Below, in pieces: positions 23,533-34,382 of a stretch of 64,000 nt of DNA. The stretch comes from Cyanobacteria bacterium P01_F01_bin.150. GTDB taxonomy: Bacteria > Cyanobacteriota > Cyanobacteriia > CAKZMO01. The notes under the pieces were generated by a model. The model was not told where the DNA came from. It ran no database searches and worked only from the letters and a program-made list of their open reading frames with translations. The translations under genes and the position numbers were made by a program. The stretch lies in contig JBCCYL010000002.1 in NCBI GenBank assembly GCA_039189765.1, positions 96,001 to 160,000 of the forward strand. Reading direction: 5' to 3'. Each line of letters starts with the position of its first letter. Position 1 is the first letter of the stretch.

Positions 23533-23772
23533 TTTACAAAGCAGGTATCATCTTTACCATCGCAAACACCTTTTTAACAGAGAGCGATTTAGACCTGTAA
23601 AGCATAGATTTTAAAAAATCGACCCCACAGGTAAAGTCAAGCGTATAAGATCGGCCTGCCACCGATTTTTACCAGACAATGCTGCTGAACTGATACCAAA
23701 TAAATGCGGTTTATCTTAAGCATATTTCTTGAGTATAGCGATCTCTATTGGAAACGGAGTAAGACCAATACA

Positions 23773-24447
23773 ATGAATTTACCTAAACTACGTTTTTTTC
23801 TGGATACAGCAAACGTAGATGCATGGAAAATATGGTTACCCACTGGATTATTTTACGGGGTGACAACAAATCCATTGTTGCTAGAGCGAGCTGACGCACC
23901 ATGTACTGTGGAATCCTTGAAAAGCGTGGCAGACATAGCCTTCAATCTGGGTGCTCAAAATGTTCAGCTACAAACCTGGGGTACAACAGTAGAGAAAATG
24001 GTTTCAACAGGGAAGGCGTTAGCAGCGGTTAGTAATCGCATCACAGTAAAAGTCCCTTTAACCCAGGTTGGTATTCAAGCAACCCGTGAATTGCGCTGTG
24101 CCAAGATTAGCATTACATTAACGGCCTGCTATGCTCACCACCAGGTAATTATCGCAGACGCTGCCTCTGCCGATTATGTTGCGCCTTATCTGGGGAGAAT
24201 GAACGATCTGGAGATGGACGGACGCAAGGAAATTAGCAACATGCAACGATCCTTGAGTGCTTTGCATAGCCGTACTCGTATTTTAGTCGCTAGCATTAGA
24301 TCCGTAGATGACATTACAGCTTTGACAATGAATGGCTTAGATACGTTTACGTTTTCGCCAGCGATCGCCCAAGCTCTTTTTGATGTTCCACCTACGCAAA
24401 AGGCTGCAGCGGATTTTCAACGTGCAGCCCAAGCGATGCAGAAATGA
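23773..24447 (+). CDS. Transaldolase/fructose-6-phosphate aldolase family protein
   Basis: FFLDTAN, GVTTNP, VKVP, YVAPYLGR, LVASIR. Confidence 0.88.
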   Translation: MNLPKLRFFLDTANVDAWKIWLPTGLFYGVTTNPLLLERADAPCTVESLKSVADIAFNLGAQNVQLQTWGTTVEKMVSTGKALAAVSNRITVKVPLTQVGIQATRELRCAKISITLTACYAHHQVIIADAASADYVAPYLGRMNDLEMDGRKEISNMQRSLSALHSRTRILVASIRSVDDITALTMNGLDTFTFSPAIAQALFDVPPTQKAAADFQRAAQAMQK

Positions 24448-24448
24448 C

Positions 24449-24685
24449 TTAGCATTTATTTAGGTCAATGCCAGCCTGCTTAGCCATCGCTTCAATGCCT
24501 TTATTCTTTAAGGTTTTAATCGCTTTGGTGGACAGGCGTAATTTGACCCATTTGTTGCCTTGGGGCCACCATACCCGCTTGTACTGTAGATTTACACCCT
24601 GCAATTTCTTAGTACGACGGTGAGAGTGGGATACCGCATATCCGTTATTTGCTTTTTTTCCAGTCAGTTGACAAACCCGAGACAT
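24449..24685 (-). CDS. rpmB: 50S ribosomal protein L28
   Basis: [27 protein letters not shown]. Confidence 0.98.
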   Translation of the reverse strand: MSRVCQLTGKKANNGYAVSHSHRRTKKLQGVNLQYKRVWWPQGNKWVKLRLSTKAIKTLKNKGIEAMAKQAGIDLNKC

Positions 24686-24948
24686 AGTCAGATCTCCAGC
24701 AGCTTAATTTCATTAAATAGCACAGTCTCTGATTGTACCTTAAACCCTACCGTAGAACCAGTTGAAAATAAGTCTAGTGCGTCTTCAAGTTTTAATTTTG
24801 AGGTAAATCCCAGGGGATTTATCTCAACTCTCAAGATTTAAAGAGCACTGGTGAGGCTAGAGAGCCTCAAGATATGTGGAACCGCGATCGCATCCTACAA
24901 TGAGGGGGCGATCGCGGTTCAATTACTCGCAAGGACTACTTTTGCTCG

Positions 24949-27900
24949 TTAATTAGGCTGAGTTGTATTGTCAGTGTCGTCTTTTTTAAGACCCAATGCC
25001 CATAACTCTCGACCAATGCTCTCGCGATCCTCTATCGGAACAACAGTAGGAGTCGTGCCTCTCGCAGTAAAGAACAGGCGATTTCCGACATTAATAAAGT
25101 CACTTGGATTTGAACCACTGTTGTCTGTTTCATATATCCCATTCGCATTTACTATTGGAACCTCTACTTCCTCACTCTCATCATTAATTTCCGTTGTGGT
25201 CTGTACAATTGGCCGATAGATATCCTCAACCATCTGCGTCCCATCTGCTGTCCCATCACTCTTCCATAGCTCCTGTCCGAATACCCCATCATTAGCGGAG
25301 AAGTATAAAACGCCATCAATTGCAATAAAGCTTTCCAATGATGATGAACTATCCGGATTGATATTTTTCACCAATAAAGGATCGTGGAAATTGGCACTAT
25401 CGGCAGGATTAATATTGATTGACCAGAGTTCTTTATCATTACTCGCATCCCGTGCTGCAAACATTAGCTTATCACCAAGAACTGTTAGCTCTTCTATAAG
25501 AGGAGAACTGTCTCCTGCTAAGTCTGTAATCCGTCTGGCCACATCATCATTGGTATCAACCGTTCCATTTTGATCGACGTACCATAGTTCAATTTGCTTC
25601 TCGCTGTTTATCTCGCTTTCAGCCAAGAAGTAAAGCGTTTGACTGTTGTCGGGTGCTGTCACTTGGAGGAAAGAACCATCGTTAAATCCAGTAATCACTT
25701 CAGAGGTTGCTAGAGTTTGGATATTATCGGGGACCGTTTGATCCTTCTGAATCCGCTTTAAGGCATTATCGTCTGTAAAATACAGCGTATCACCCACTGC
25801 AGTTAGATTCTCCGGTGAAGCAACAGACGTCAATAATATTTCCGCACCATCTTTGACGTCTGTTTCCTTGGAGTCATAACGGTACAGCGACTTACTTTTA
25901 TCTAGGAAATAGAGAATATCATCGACTACCGTTAACCCACTAAGCGTGTTGTTTATCGAGAGGTCGTCATCTGTTGTTACATTTGTTTTGACAGTGAGAG
26001 TAGAGCCGGTGACTCCCCATAACTCAGAACCTTTTGCCGTTGTTACTTGTACTGCCTGATCATTATCCTTGCCAAATGATGTAGCAGTGAAATAAAGAGT
26101 ATTGTCCACAACTGTAAACTCTGAAGCGGTAAAATCAAATACGGCATCATTTTCGGCATCAGTTGCCCCGTCTCCTGCAAGCATCTCTAAACCAGATGCA
26201 CCTTCTGTCCAAAGCGCCTGCTTACCGTTGATCGTCCCCAAGAAGTAAAGCTGGTTATTCACCACCGACAAGTTAGAAATAGATTCAAAGTCTTGGGGAT
26301 TTTCAAAGGCCACTTTGACAGTAGTTTCTTCAGAGCTATCCTCACTGGCTCCACTGGACTTCCAAATCGCTTCTCCGTTACCATCGTTGGCGACAAAAAA
26401 TACATCAGTGTCAATACTAACCATTTTATCGGCCTTAACTCCGTCTCCAAAGCCTGCGTTAATATCCTTGGTGAGCGCAGGAACGTCATTTAGAGGGAAT
26501 AGGGCCAACTCCAAGTGATAGTAAGACGCATTATCTGGATCAGGAGTATTGGTACCTGTGAAGGGTGCAGGATAGACATTGAGGTAATAGGTTCCAGCCT
26601 CTAAGTTCCCCCCTGCTGATTCCACTAAATCTCCTGGTTTGGCAGATAGACTCACTGACTCAGTGGTTATTGGGTTTGTACCAACTTGTCTAAGTAACTC
26701 CACATCTAGATTACTATCTATCGTCCCTTCGATATCAGGATCAAATATATCTACCAAGTCAACGCCAAGGTAGCTTTTTTCATCTAAGACAATTTTGTAA
26801 TAATCACTTGGGTCCTCTCCTCCAACCCATAGTGCCTCATCGGGATCGTCACCAAAGATGACTCTATTTGTGTAGGTTGTATCAACCAAGGCATCAAGAG
26901 CCTCCTGGGGCAACGTTCTTGCTTCAGCAAGGGTATCACCGGCCTCAAAACTATCTGCCTGTTCTGGAATGGCGGCTAGATTTAATGTGTAGTCTTTGGA
27001 TACGATTCCTGCACTAGCGGCTTCCACCTTGAGTAAGTAGGAGCCTGCGGCCAAATCAGTGGAAAAGTTTTCCGCTGGAGTGATAATTTCATCGCCTATC
27101 CCAACACCAGGATTCTGGGGTAAAAGCTCTATCGCAGAGCCATCTTGGCTCAAGATGGACATGTTGAGATCGCCCGCTAAATCGGTGAGGGTAAAGCGAA
27201 TTTCAGAATCACGGGAAAGTTCAAAGGCAAAGTAATCGACTGGATCGTCAGCATCAATTGAGAAGGGAGCATCGCTAAAATTCGCATGATTGTTATCAAG
27301 GAGGGTGGACCTGAAGCTTAGAAAAGGCAGTTGGTCAGCTGTTGCGGGCGTGTCATTATCATCTCGTGATAGAGCAGATCCGGTAATAGAATAATTGCTT
27401 TCAGTCCCCGCGAGAGGCTGAAAAACATGTAAATAGTAGTTCCCAGCTTCTAAGGTTTCCGAAAAGGTTTCGCTGGTCGTTCCTCCATTGTCAGATGTCT
27501 GGACTAGAGCATTATTGCTGTCTAATAATTGAACATCAATGTCTGCCGTTAAATTACCAATGCTCAGATCGACGTTTGCCCGACTCGCTAATGAAAAGGA
27601 ATAATAGTCAGCAGTATCGGAATCGCTGATAGAAAAGGGTTCAGAGCCTGATGGTAATCCGGTTAGATCCGCAGCCGTGTATGTCTTAGACGTTTCGGAT
27701 AAAGTTAACCCTAACGCTGTCTGAAATGTTTCATTCCCATCTGCCACAACAACTGGCGTAGGGGTTACTGACGGAGTTGGCGTAGCTACAGTAGGGGTTA
27801 CTGACGGGGTTGGCGTAGCTACAGTAGGGGTTACTGACGGGGTTGGCGTAGCTACAGTAGGGGTTACTGACGGGGTTGGCGTTACCGATGGCGTAGGAGT

Positions 27901-28398
27901 AAGGTCAGGCGTAGCCTCGATTTCCGTGCTGGCTACATCAATCCTGTACTTCACTTTATTTTTTTTACTGGCTCCTTTGTTGGGTCTAACCCGAATAAAG
28001 TATTCACCTGCTTCTAGGGATTGAATAATGCTTTCATCTTTTTTGCCACCCCTTTTAGAGATGGCAAGTCGAGTCAGGCTTCTGTTGAAATGCTTTTTAA
28101 ATTTACTTTGCAGCTTTAATTTCTTACTAAAAGGGTTGGTAAAAAGATCACTGAACTCTCTTCTTTTAATTTTATTGAAAGAATTTTTAGGGCCAGCTTC
28201 TTTCCGCTGATAAAGCTCAACGTCCACGTTGCTGCTAAGGTCTGTCAACGATAAATCGATGTTACTGCTTTTCCCCAGGGAGAAAGTGTACAAATCAGTT
28301 AGGTCTTTTTTCCCGACCCTATCTTTATTGCTGAAACTTTCACCAGATGATGAGAATACGATATCCGTTGCTTTTTTAAGCGAATGATCCTTCGGCAT
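24949..28398 (-). CDS. Large acidic surface/secreted-type protein with PPC-like domains and ELWxxDGT repeats
   Basis: Repeated D(Y)Y.F.L...LEAGxYY units, Thr/Pro linker, GQELWKSDGTADGT-type repeats. Confidence 0.75.
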   Translation of the reverse strand: MPKDHSLKKATDIVFSSSGESFSNKDRVGKKDLTDLYTFSLGKSSNIDLSLTDLSSNVDVELYQRKEAGPKNSFNKIKRREFSDLFTNPFSKKLKLQSKFKKHFNRSLTRLAISKRGGKKDESIIQSLEAGEYFIRVRPNKGASKKNKVKYRIDVASTEIEATPDLTPTPSVTPTPSVTPTVATPTPSVTPTVATPTPSVTPTVATPTPSVTPTPVVVADGNETFQTALGLTLSETSKTYTAADLTGLPSGSEPFSISDSDTADYYSFSLASRANVDLSIGNLTADIDVQLLDSNNALVQTSDNGGTTSETFSETLEAGNYYLHVFQPLAGTESNYSITGSALSRDDNDTPATADQLPFLSFRSTLLDNNHANFSDAPFSIDADDPVDYFAFELSRDSEIRFTLTDLAGDLNMSILSQDGSAIELLPQNPGVGIGDEIITPAENFSTDLAAGSYLLKVEAASAGIVSKDYTLNLAAIPEQADSFEAGDTLAEARTLPQEALDALVDTTYTNRVIFGDDPDEALWVGGEDPSDYYKIVLDEKSYLGVDLVDIFDPDIEGTIDSNLDVELLRQVGTNPITTESVSLSAKPGDLVESAGGNLEAGTYYLNVYPAPFTGTNTPDPDNASYYHLELALFPLNDVPALTKDINAGFGDGVKADKMVSIDTDVFFVANDGNGEAIWKSSGASEDSSEETTVKVAFENPQDFESISNLSVVNNQLYFLGTINGKQALWTEGASGLEMLAGDGATDAENDAVFDFTASEFTVVDNTLYFTATSFGKDNDQAVQVTTAKGSELWGVTGSTLTVKTNVTTDDDLSINNTLSGLTVVDDILYFLDKSKSLYRYDSKETDVKDGAEILLTSVASPENLTAVGDTLYFTDDNALKRIQKDQTVPDNIQTLATSEVITGFNDGSFLQVTAPDNSQTLYFLAESEINSEKQIELWYVDQNGTVDTNDDVARRITDLAGDSSPLIEELTVLGDKLMFAARDASNDKELWSININPADSANFHDPLLVKNINPDSSSSLESFIAIDGVLYFSANDGVFGQELWKSDGTADGTQMVEDIYRPIVQTTTEINDESEEVEVPIVNANGIYETDNSGSNPSDFINVGNRLFFTARGTTPTVVPIEDRESIGRELWALGLKKDDTDNTTQPN
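27757..27900 (-). repeat. 33-bp coding tandem repeat (VATPTPSVTPT)
   Basis: About 3 near-identical copies plus partial copies. Confidence 0.85.
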
Positions 28399-28557
28399 TT
28401 GTTCGAAGTTCCTTTTTGTGGTAGTGCTGCCTCCATCCTGTCTTTTGTTAGAAAAAAAAGAGTCGTTAGTTTTGTCGATTTTTACCTGGAACTCTGCGTA
28501 TCTGTCGGTAAAAATACGCTATTCTCCTATTTCCAACCCTTATAAAGAGGAGTTTCG

Positions 28558-28638
28558 GGCTTAAAACTTAAGCCGGGACGCATTTAACGGGATACTGGGG
28601 CGCTCCGCACCCCAGTATCCCGCCTTAAAATACAAGCC
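28558..28638. mobile_element. 81-bp MITE-like element with 9-bp target-site duplication
   Basis: Imperfect TIRs GGCTTAAAACTTAAG / CTTAAAATACAAGCC; GGAGTTTCG direct repeat at 28549-28557 and 28639-28647; internal hairpin. Confidence 0.75.
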
Positions 28639-28663
28639 GGAGTTTCGTTTTAATGTGAAACAG

Positions 28664-28708
28664 ACTTAATAGGATTGTGGGCGCGACGCGCCCACAATCC
28701 TATTAAGT
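28664..28708. repeat. Long perfect inverted repeat
   Basis: ACTTAATAGGATTGTGGGCGCG-A-CGCGCCCACAATCCTATTAAGT. Confidence 0.8.
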
Positions 28709-29195
28709 TGCTATCCACAAAGAGTCCGATCATCGGCTTATTCTTTAAGCTGGGATTAAGCTGGGATTAAGCTAACAGTGCTATGAGGTATGGAGCGTAC
28801 TACAACACTGTCTTGAAATACAGGCCCGATCCTTAACATGTAATTGCGAAACGGATGCTTAACCCACGATGGTCTCTGTTGCGATCGCCACCTTGACTAA
28901 GATATTTTTTGTTGAATTAGCAAGTGATTTTACGGATCGTCATTTGAAGTTACTGTAAAGCGTCAGATAATGCTGCAAAGGAGCGATAAAGTGGTGTGAG
29001 AGGCTACCTTCAATCCACTTGACGTTATCATCGTTACGTTGTGGATTAAGAGAGTAGGGGTGCTTGCTCAAGTTATTTCTTCACTGCATGTCCTAAATAT
29101 TTTCCAGAATAGGGCTTATGCGGGGTTGAAGGGATTGAGGGAACATAACAGATTGTGCATTAGTGTTGTTGGCGCTGTGTAAGGAGTCCGTAAAG

Positions 29196-30953
29196 ATGCT
29201 TCGTAGGCATACTGCATTCATTGGAATTATCTGTGGTTTAGTTGGTTGGCTGGGAGAAAGTTCTATTGCCCAGGCGGATACTCCTTTGACTCACGCAGAT
29301 ATCCAGCAAATTCGCAATCAGGTTGACTTTATTCCAGAGAATGGCTCTGCTCGTCTTGCTGAACTCTCAGATCGGCTGATTCCAGGAGATGCCCTTTCAA
29401 CTCGTCAGTCTTCGTTCGCTGAGCTGGAGTTCAATGATGGAACTTTAGCTCGTGTTGGTGAATTTGTACTCTTTCGCTTTCAACCCAACACTCGCACTGT
29501 TGATCTGGAAAATGGCACGTTGTTACTCCTTATTCCACCGGATCAAGGAACGACTAATTTGCGTACACCCAATGCAAATGCAGGAATTAGAGGTTCTGGG
29601 CTATTTGTTCGCTACATTGAAGGCGATACTCCCGAGCAGTCTACCACTCTGATTGGAGCCTTAACGACCAGCGGTATTACTGTTGCCAATACAACTGAGT
29701 CTCTTGTTTGGAATGATGAGAGCGATTCATTTACATCTGTGGAGGACAGTCACTCAACTCCCACCGTCGTTGAGTTGGAAGCTGGGCATATGGCCGTTAT
29801 TGTCGGCAATAGTACACCCCAAGTCTTTTCATTTGAACTTGACCTGTTCTATCAAACCAGTACCTTGGTGTCGGGGTTGGACTTAGATGGCGATGGCGAT
29901 ACCTCAGTGGCAATTTGGAGAGAGGAACCCCGTGATGGCGAACATCTCCTCTCTGTCCCAGCTACCAGCACCAACGGTGAACGGGATGCGATCGCCCTTG
30001 TTAGGGAAGAAACAAAAGACGGTCTTTTTGCCCAAGCCGGAACCCTTACTACTCCCTACATTGATAATCCTCCATTTGTATACGGTGGTGACTGGCAGCC
30101 CTCGACTGCTTGGTTGCCATTAGCTCCTCAGCAAAATCCAAGTTACGGTGAAGCTGTCGATAATATGATTGATGCCGCAGAGCTGCAAACTCCTCAATCG
30201 AATCTGGGAACAGTGCCTTCTGGGGAGAGAATTGCGCCTCCTCCCATTGAGCAACCACATATTGTAGGACCCATGCCAACGGTTGGGCCAAGGCCAGATC
30301 GAGGAATAGATATTCCACCTCCACTAACCCCTCCAACGATACCATCCCCACCCTCTGTTCCATCTCCACAACCCCCTACTGCATTCCCTCCCCAGGCCCC
30401 ATTGCCAAGTCCCTTACCCCCTACAACCCCAATCTTTCAGCCAACGCCGAGTCCAATGCCTCCAGAGCCAACGCCGAGTCCAATGCCTCCAGAACCAACG
30501 CCGAGCCCAATGCCTCCAGAGCCAGCGCCGAGTCCAATGCCTCCAGAACCAACGCCGAGTCCGATGCCTCCAGAACCAACGCCGAGTCCAGAACCCCCTG
30601 AGCCAACTCCAAATCCTGGCCCCTTGCCTGACCCACCCACTATCCCATTTCCACAAGGCAATCCTGAAGCCCCAGATAGCGATCCTCCTGAGATGACACC
30701 AAGTCCACCTGAAGGGACCAACTCTCCTCCTCCCTCAGAGGCTCAAAGTCCGAATGAAACCCAACAGCCGGAACAACCTAATACTCCACCCGAACCCAGT
30801 ACTCCTTCGATAGATGATGGGCAAGTTACACAGCAACCGGATTTTGATATATTTGGGGGCGATTCTGGAGAAGGGGCATCAGACGATGGTGATAATATCC
30901 CATCTGGTCCTATGCTGCCATCTGAAGGAAGTATTGACGTCAACCGTGAGTAA
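29196..30953 (+). CDS. FecR-domain protein with proline-rich C-terminus
   Basis: Signal-like N-terminus; AELEFNDGTLARVG...TPNANAGIRGS FecR-like motif; PEPTPSPMP repeats. Confidence 0.8.
   Translation: MLRRHTAFIGIICGLVGWLGESSIAQADTPLTHADIQQIRNQVDFIPENGSARLAELSDRLIPGDALSTRQSSFAELEFNDGTLARVGEFVLFRFQPNTRTVDLENGTLLLLIPPDQGTTNLRTPNANAGIRGSGLFVRYIEGDTPEQSTTLIGALTTSGITVANTTESLVWNDESDSFTSVEDSHSTPTVVELEAGHMAVIVGNSTPQVFSFELDLFYQTSTLVSGLDLDGDGDTSVAIWREEPRDGEHLLSVPATSTNGERDAIALVREETKDGLFAQAGTLTTPYIDNPPFVYGGDWQPSTAWLPLAPQQNPSYGEAVDNMIDAAELQTPQSNLGTVPSGERIAPPPIEQPHIVGPMPTVGPRPDRGIDIPPPLTPPTIPSPPSVPSPQPPTAFPPQAPLPSPLPPTTPIFQPTPSPMPPEPTPSPMPPEPTPSPMPPEPAPSPMPPEPTPSPMPPEPTPSPEPPEPTPNPGPLPDPPTIPFPQGNPEAPDSDPPEMTPSPPEGTNSPPPSEAQSPNETQQPEQPNTPPEPSTPSIDDGQVTQQPDFDIFGGDSGEGASDDGDNIPSGPMLPSEGSIDVNRE
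30441..30610 (+). repeat. 27-bp coding tandem repeat (PTPSPMPPE)
   Basis: About 6 copies of CCAACGCCGAGTCCAATGCCTCCAGAG-like unit. Confidence 0.85.
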
Positions 30954-31052
30954 AAGAAGAATAGGTTTCCTTGCAAAATCCTATTGAGCCAGCCAATATG
31001 GGTGATGTCCTACTGCCAATTTGACCCTTATGGCTAGCGAATAAAGAGTCTG

Positions 31053-31145
31053 TAAGCACCCAGACAAAATTATTTTTATCGGAGTGTGCGCCTCTTCGAG
31101 GCGCACACTCCAATTTTCATTAAATTAATTATGTCCACCTGCTTA
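31053..31145. mobile_element. 93-bp MITE-like element with TA ends
   Basis: Imperfect TIRs TAAGCACCCAGACAAAATTA / TAATTATGTCCACCTGCTTA; internal hairpin GGAGTGTGCGCCTC-TTC-GAGGCGCACACTCC. Confidence 0.6.
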
Positions 31146-31224
31146 TAAAGCTAGTATCGCGTCAGCTTTATTGTGAGGGGAAAATCCCTCGCGATTTTCC
31201 CCTCATTTATTTCTTGATAGAGTA

Positions 31225-32268
31225 CTAGACTCCTTTGAAAGTAACCGATTCGCTTTTGTCGATTTGGCAAGAAGTTGCTTCTTGGCTGAGCCGAGGTTTA
31301 ATACGTTGGACTCCGATTTGGTTTAGGGCAATTCCTCCGAGGATGACGATGCCACCAATGTACTGGCCTAGGGTAGGCACGTCGCCTAGTAGGAGGTAAG
31401 CGGCAAGAACGCCTGCTAGGGGATTAAAGGCTGTGGCGAGGGAAATCTCGCTGGCGTTGCTAAGTTTTAGGCCGTTAAACCAGGCGAGTTGACCACCCAC
31501 TACAATCACTGCGCTGTAGAATAACATCCATTTCCATAGGAAAGGAGAGGCGGTATCCATTAGGTGACTGGGGCCAAATAAAACAATCACCGTTACAAAA
31601 AATACGACAGTGCCCAATGCCACACGGTAAACATTGAAAATGCCCAGGGGGATTTGCTGGAGGCTGACTTTGCTAATCACGTTGGAGATGGCCTTAAAGA
31701 CGGCTGCGGCTAAGGTAAGGATCTCACCGAGGCCAATTTCCATCCCACCCATCGACACCATCTCGTCGCTCGGAGGGGCGATGATAACGGTTAGGGCCAC
31801 GCCGATAAAGGCGAGAATGGCTCCGGCAATCACCCAGCGGTTGATGCGATCGCCCAGAAACCACACTGATAGAGCTAGAACTAAAGGCGTATCAAGTTGA
31901 CCAATCAGAATCACGTTATTAACGGAGGTTATGGCAAGGGCGCTAAAGATAAGGGTGGGGACGACGGCGGAGCTAAGGATGGCGACAATGGTGAGGATAG
32001 TCCATTGTTTAACCGTAATTTTCTTCAGAATGGCGGGTCGCCATTGGTTTTGATACAGGCCAATCAACAAAATCAGGGCGCAAAGGTTGCCGACAAACAG
32101 AACGTTGCAAAAGGAGATTGGATTGCGCCCGTCAATTAAGTTTTCGGCCCCAAGGTCGGTGAGCTTGCGGGTTACTGCGTTGGCGGCTCCAAAGATAAGG
32201 ATTGCCACCATCAAGTAGATACGGCCAGAGGGCTGAAACGGTAGGGAAGGTTTCATCGGGATTTCCAA
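31225..32268 (-). CDS. DMT/EamA family transporter
   Basis: About 10 hydrophobic segments in two EamA-like halves. Confidence 0.85.
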   Translation of the reverse strand: MEIPMKPSLPFQPSGRIYLMVAILIFGAANAVTRKLTDLGAENLIDGRNPISFCNVLFVGNLCALILLIGLYQNQWRPAILKKITVKQWTILTIVAILSSAVVPTLIFSALAITSVNNVILIGQLDTPLVLALSVWFLGDRINRWVIAGAILAFIGVALTVIIAPPSDEMVSMGGMEIGLGEILTLAAAVFKAISNVISKVSLQQIPLGIFNVYRVALGTVVFFVTVIVLFGPSHLMDTASPFLWKWMLFYSAVIVVGGQLAWFNGLKLSNASEISLATAFNPLAGVLAAYLLLGDVPTLGQYIGGIVILGGIALNQIGVQRIKPRLSQEATSCQIDKSESVTFKGV

Positions 32269-32484
32269 AGTTGCTTAAGCGACGGTAGCACAGTAAGCAA
32301 CGGTAGGGACGAGCAGCAAAACTTAAAGCAACAGATCTTAAAGCTGAAGGACCTTATTTTAATAAGGCTGTGGGGCAAAATTCCTAGAATCTCGACTTGG
32401 CAAAGTTCATTAGGGAATGAGGGTTTGAAATACACAACGCGCCTCCCAAAACCTCATTTCACATGGCTAACGTGATTGGTAATC

Positions 32485-32805
32485 CTAAGCTTGCTCCAGG
32501 GGAGCCATGGTTAAGCCCGCTCGACTAAGCTGCTCATGATAAAGTTCGGCTTGCTCCATGGGGCCTACCCAAACAATTGCTAGTCCTTCGTTGTGGATTT
32601 GATGGGCCAGGTCCCAGGCGCGATCGCTCACCATCCCTGGAATATATTTCACCAAGGTTTCTACAACGTGTTGAAACGTATTGACATCATCATTTAGAAC
32701 AATAATCTTATAGTTCGGATAGGGAACAGAAACAGTTTGCCCCGCCCGCTCTATTGTTGTACTTGGAGATGAGCCAATTGCAGAAATTGGTGTTCTAGAT
32801 ACCAT
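32485..32805 (-). CDS. clpS: Clp protease adaptor ClpS
   Basis: YKIIVLNDDVNTFQHV...IHNEGLAIVW. Confidence 0.92.
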   Translation of the reverse strand: MVSRTPISAIGSSPSTTIERAGQTVSVPYPNYKIIVLNDDVNTFQHVVETLVKYIPGMVSDRAWDLAHQIHNEGLAIVWVGPMEQAELYHEQLSRAGLTMAPLEQA

Positions 32806-32866
32806 TGTTCTCTCTTGTCAAACCCGACTAATTTACCCCGCTTTACACTCACCTATACCTAGAAAT

Positions 32867-32948
32867 GGCTTAAAACTTAAGCCGGAAAGGATTTAACTGG
32901 AAACTGGAGCGCTTCCGCGCCTCCGTTTCCAGCCTTAAAATACAGGTC
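32867..32948. mobile_element. Second, more diverged copy of the 81-bp MITE
   Basis: GGCTTAAAACTTAAGCCGG...CCTTAAAATACAGGTC; flanks CCTAGAAAT / CCTATAGAT match 7 of 9. Confidence 0.65.
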
Positions 32949-33113
32949 CCTATAGATGAGTCTATGCACTCTATAATTATGCACAGTTTCCAGCGTTGCG
33001 TCAGCCCTATTCCTTGGAGAGATTGCGTCTCAAAGCAAAGCATAAAGAGGCTTGGTCTTTGTTCCGACAGGCAATTTCCGTTGGAAATTGCCCGTCATCT
33101 AGTAAAACTAGCC

Positions 33114-34193
33114 TTAGACGGCAACAGTCTGCGTGAATGTAGCCGTTAATTCACCAGCCGCATACTTAGCCGCATACACGTCTAAGGATTGCTGCTTGAT
33201 GCGAGTACCATAACCCGCTGCTCCAAACGCATCATAACGGGCAGCACAAACCTGTTTCATATACTTGATAGAGGGCTTCAGAAAATGACGGGGGTCGAAG
33301 TTAGATGGATCTTTGATCGCTGCTTCACGAATAGCCGCAGTAATGGCCAAACGATTATCAGTATCGATATTCACCTTACGAACACCGCTTTTGATCCCCT
33401 TCTGAATTTCTTCCACAGGCACACCGTAGGTTTCGGGAATCTCACCTCCAAATTCATTGATCATCGCTAACCACTCTTGGGGCACGGAAGACGACCCGTG
33501 CATGACCAAATGGGTGTTTGGAAGACGCTGGTGAATCTCTTCAATGCGGCTAATTGCTAAGATTTCACCAGTGGGCTTACGAGTGAACTTATAAGCTCCG
33601 TGGCTAGTGCCAATGGCAACAGCCAGCGCATCCACTTGAGTTGCTTCTACAAACTGAACGGCTTCATCGGGATCGGTCAATAGCTGATCCTTCTCTAACG
33701 TTCCTTCAAAGCCATGGCCATCCTCTGCTTCCCCTTGGCCTGTTTCCAAAGAACCCAGACAGCCTAATTCTCCCTCTACACTAGCTCCAACAGCATGGGC
33801 CACTTTAACCACTTCAGCGGTTACGGCAACGTTGTACTCAAAACTAGCGGGGGTCTTAGCGTCCGCTTCCAGAGATCCATCCATCATCACGCTAGTAAAG
33901 CCGTTACGAATTGCTGAGTAGCATGTTGCAGGGCTATTACCGTGATCTTGGTGCATGGCAATAGGAATATGGGGATAAGACTCAACCGCAGCTTGGACTA
34001 AATGACGCAGGAAGTTTTCTCCAGCGTATTTACGCGCACCACGGGACGCCTGTAGGATGACAGGGCTGTTGGTTTCATCTGCCGCCTGCATAATGGAGAT
34101 AATCTGCTCCATATTGTTCACGTTGTAGGCAGGAATTCCATAACCATTTTCAGCTGCATGGTCAAGCAGTAGCCGCATCGGTACGAGCGCCAT
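33114..34193 (-). CDS. fba: Class II fructose-bisphosphate aldolase
   Basis: [34 protein letters not shown]. Confidence 0.97.
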   Translation of the reverse strand: MALVPMRLLLDHAAENGYGIPAYNVNNMEQIISIMQAADETNSPVILQASRGARKYAGENFLRHLVQAAVESYPHIPIAMHQDHGNSPATCYSAIRNGFTSVMMDGSLEADAKTPASFEYNVAVTAEVVKVAHAVGASVEGELGCLGSLETGQGEAEDGHGFEGTLEKDQLLTDPDEAVQFVEATQVDALAVAIGTSHGAYKFTRKPTGEILAISRIEEIHQRLPNTHLVMHGSSSVPQEWLAMINEFGGEIPETYGVPVEEIQKGIKSGVRKVNIDTDNRLAITAAIREAAIKDPSNFDPRHFLKPSIKYMKQVCAARYDAFGAAGYGTRIKQQSLDVYAAKYAAGELTATFTQTVAV

Positions 34194-34382
34194 AACTATT
34201 CTCCTAAATTGCGTTCAATCCTAAATAATGCTTTTTGATGCAGGTCAGTCTAGATAGACGTTATGCATCCTAATAATCCTAGGATAATTCCTGTACGTAG
34301 GGAAATATTCCGGTGAAATTCGATAGTGGAATGCTCAAAATTAGTTCATTTTCACTAATTTTGAGCCAGTGCCAACCGTGAT

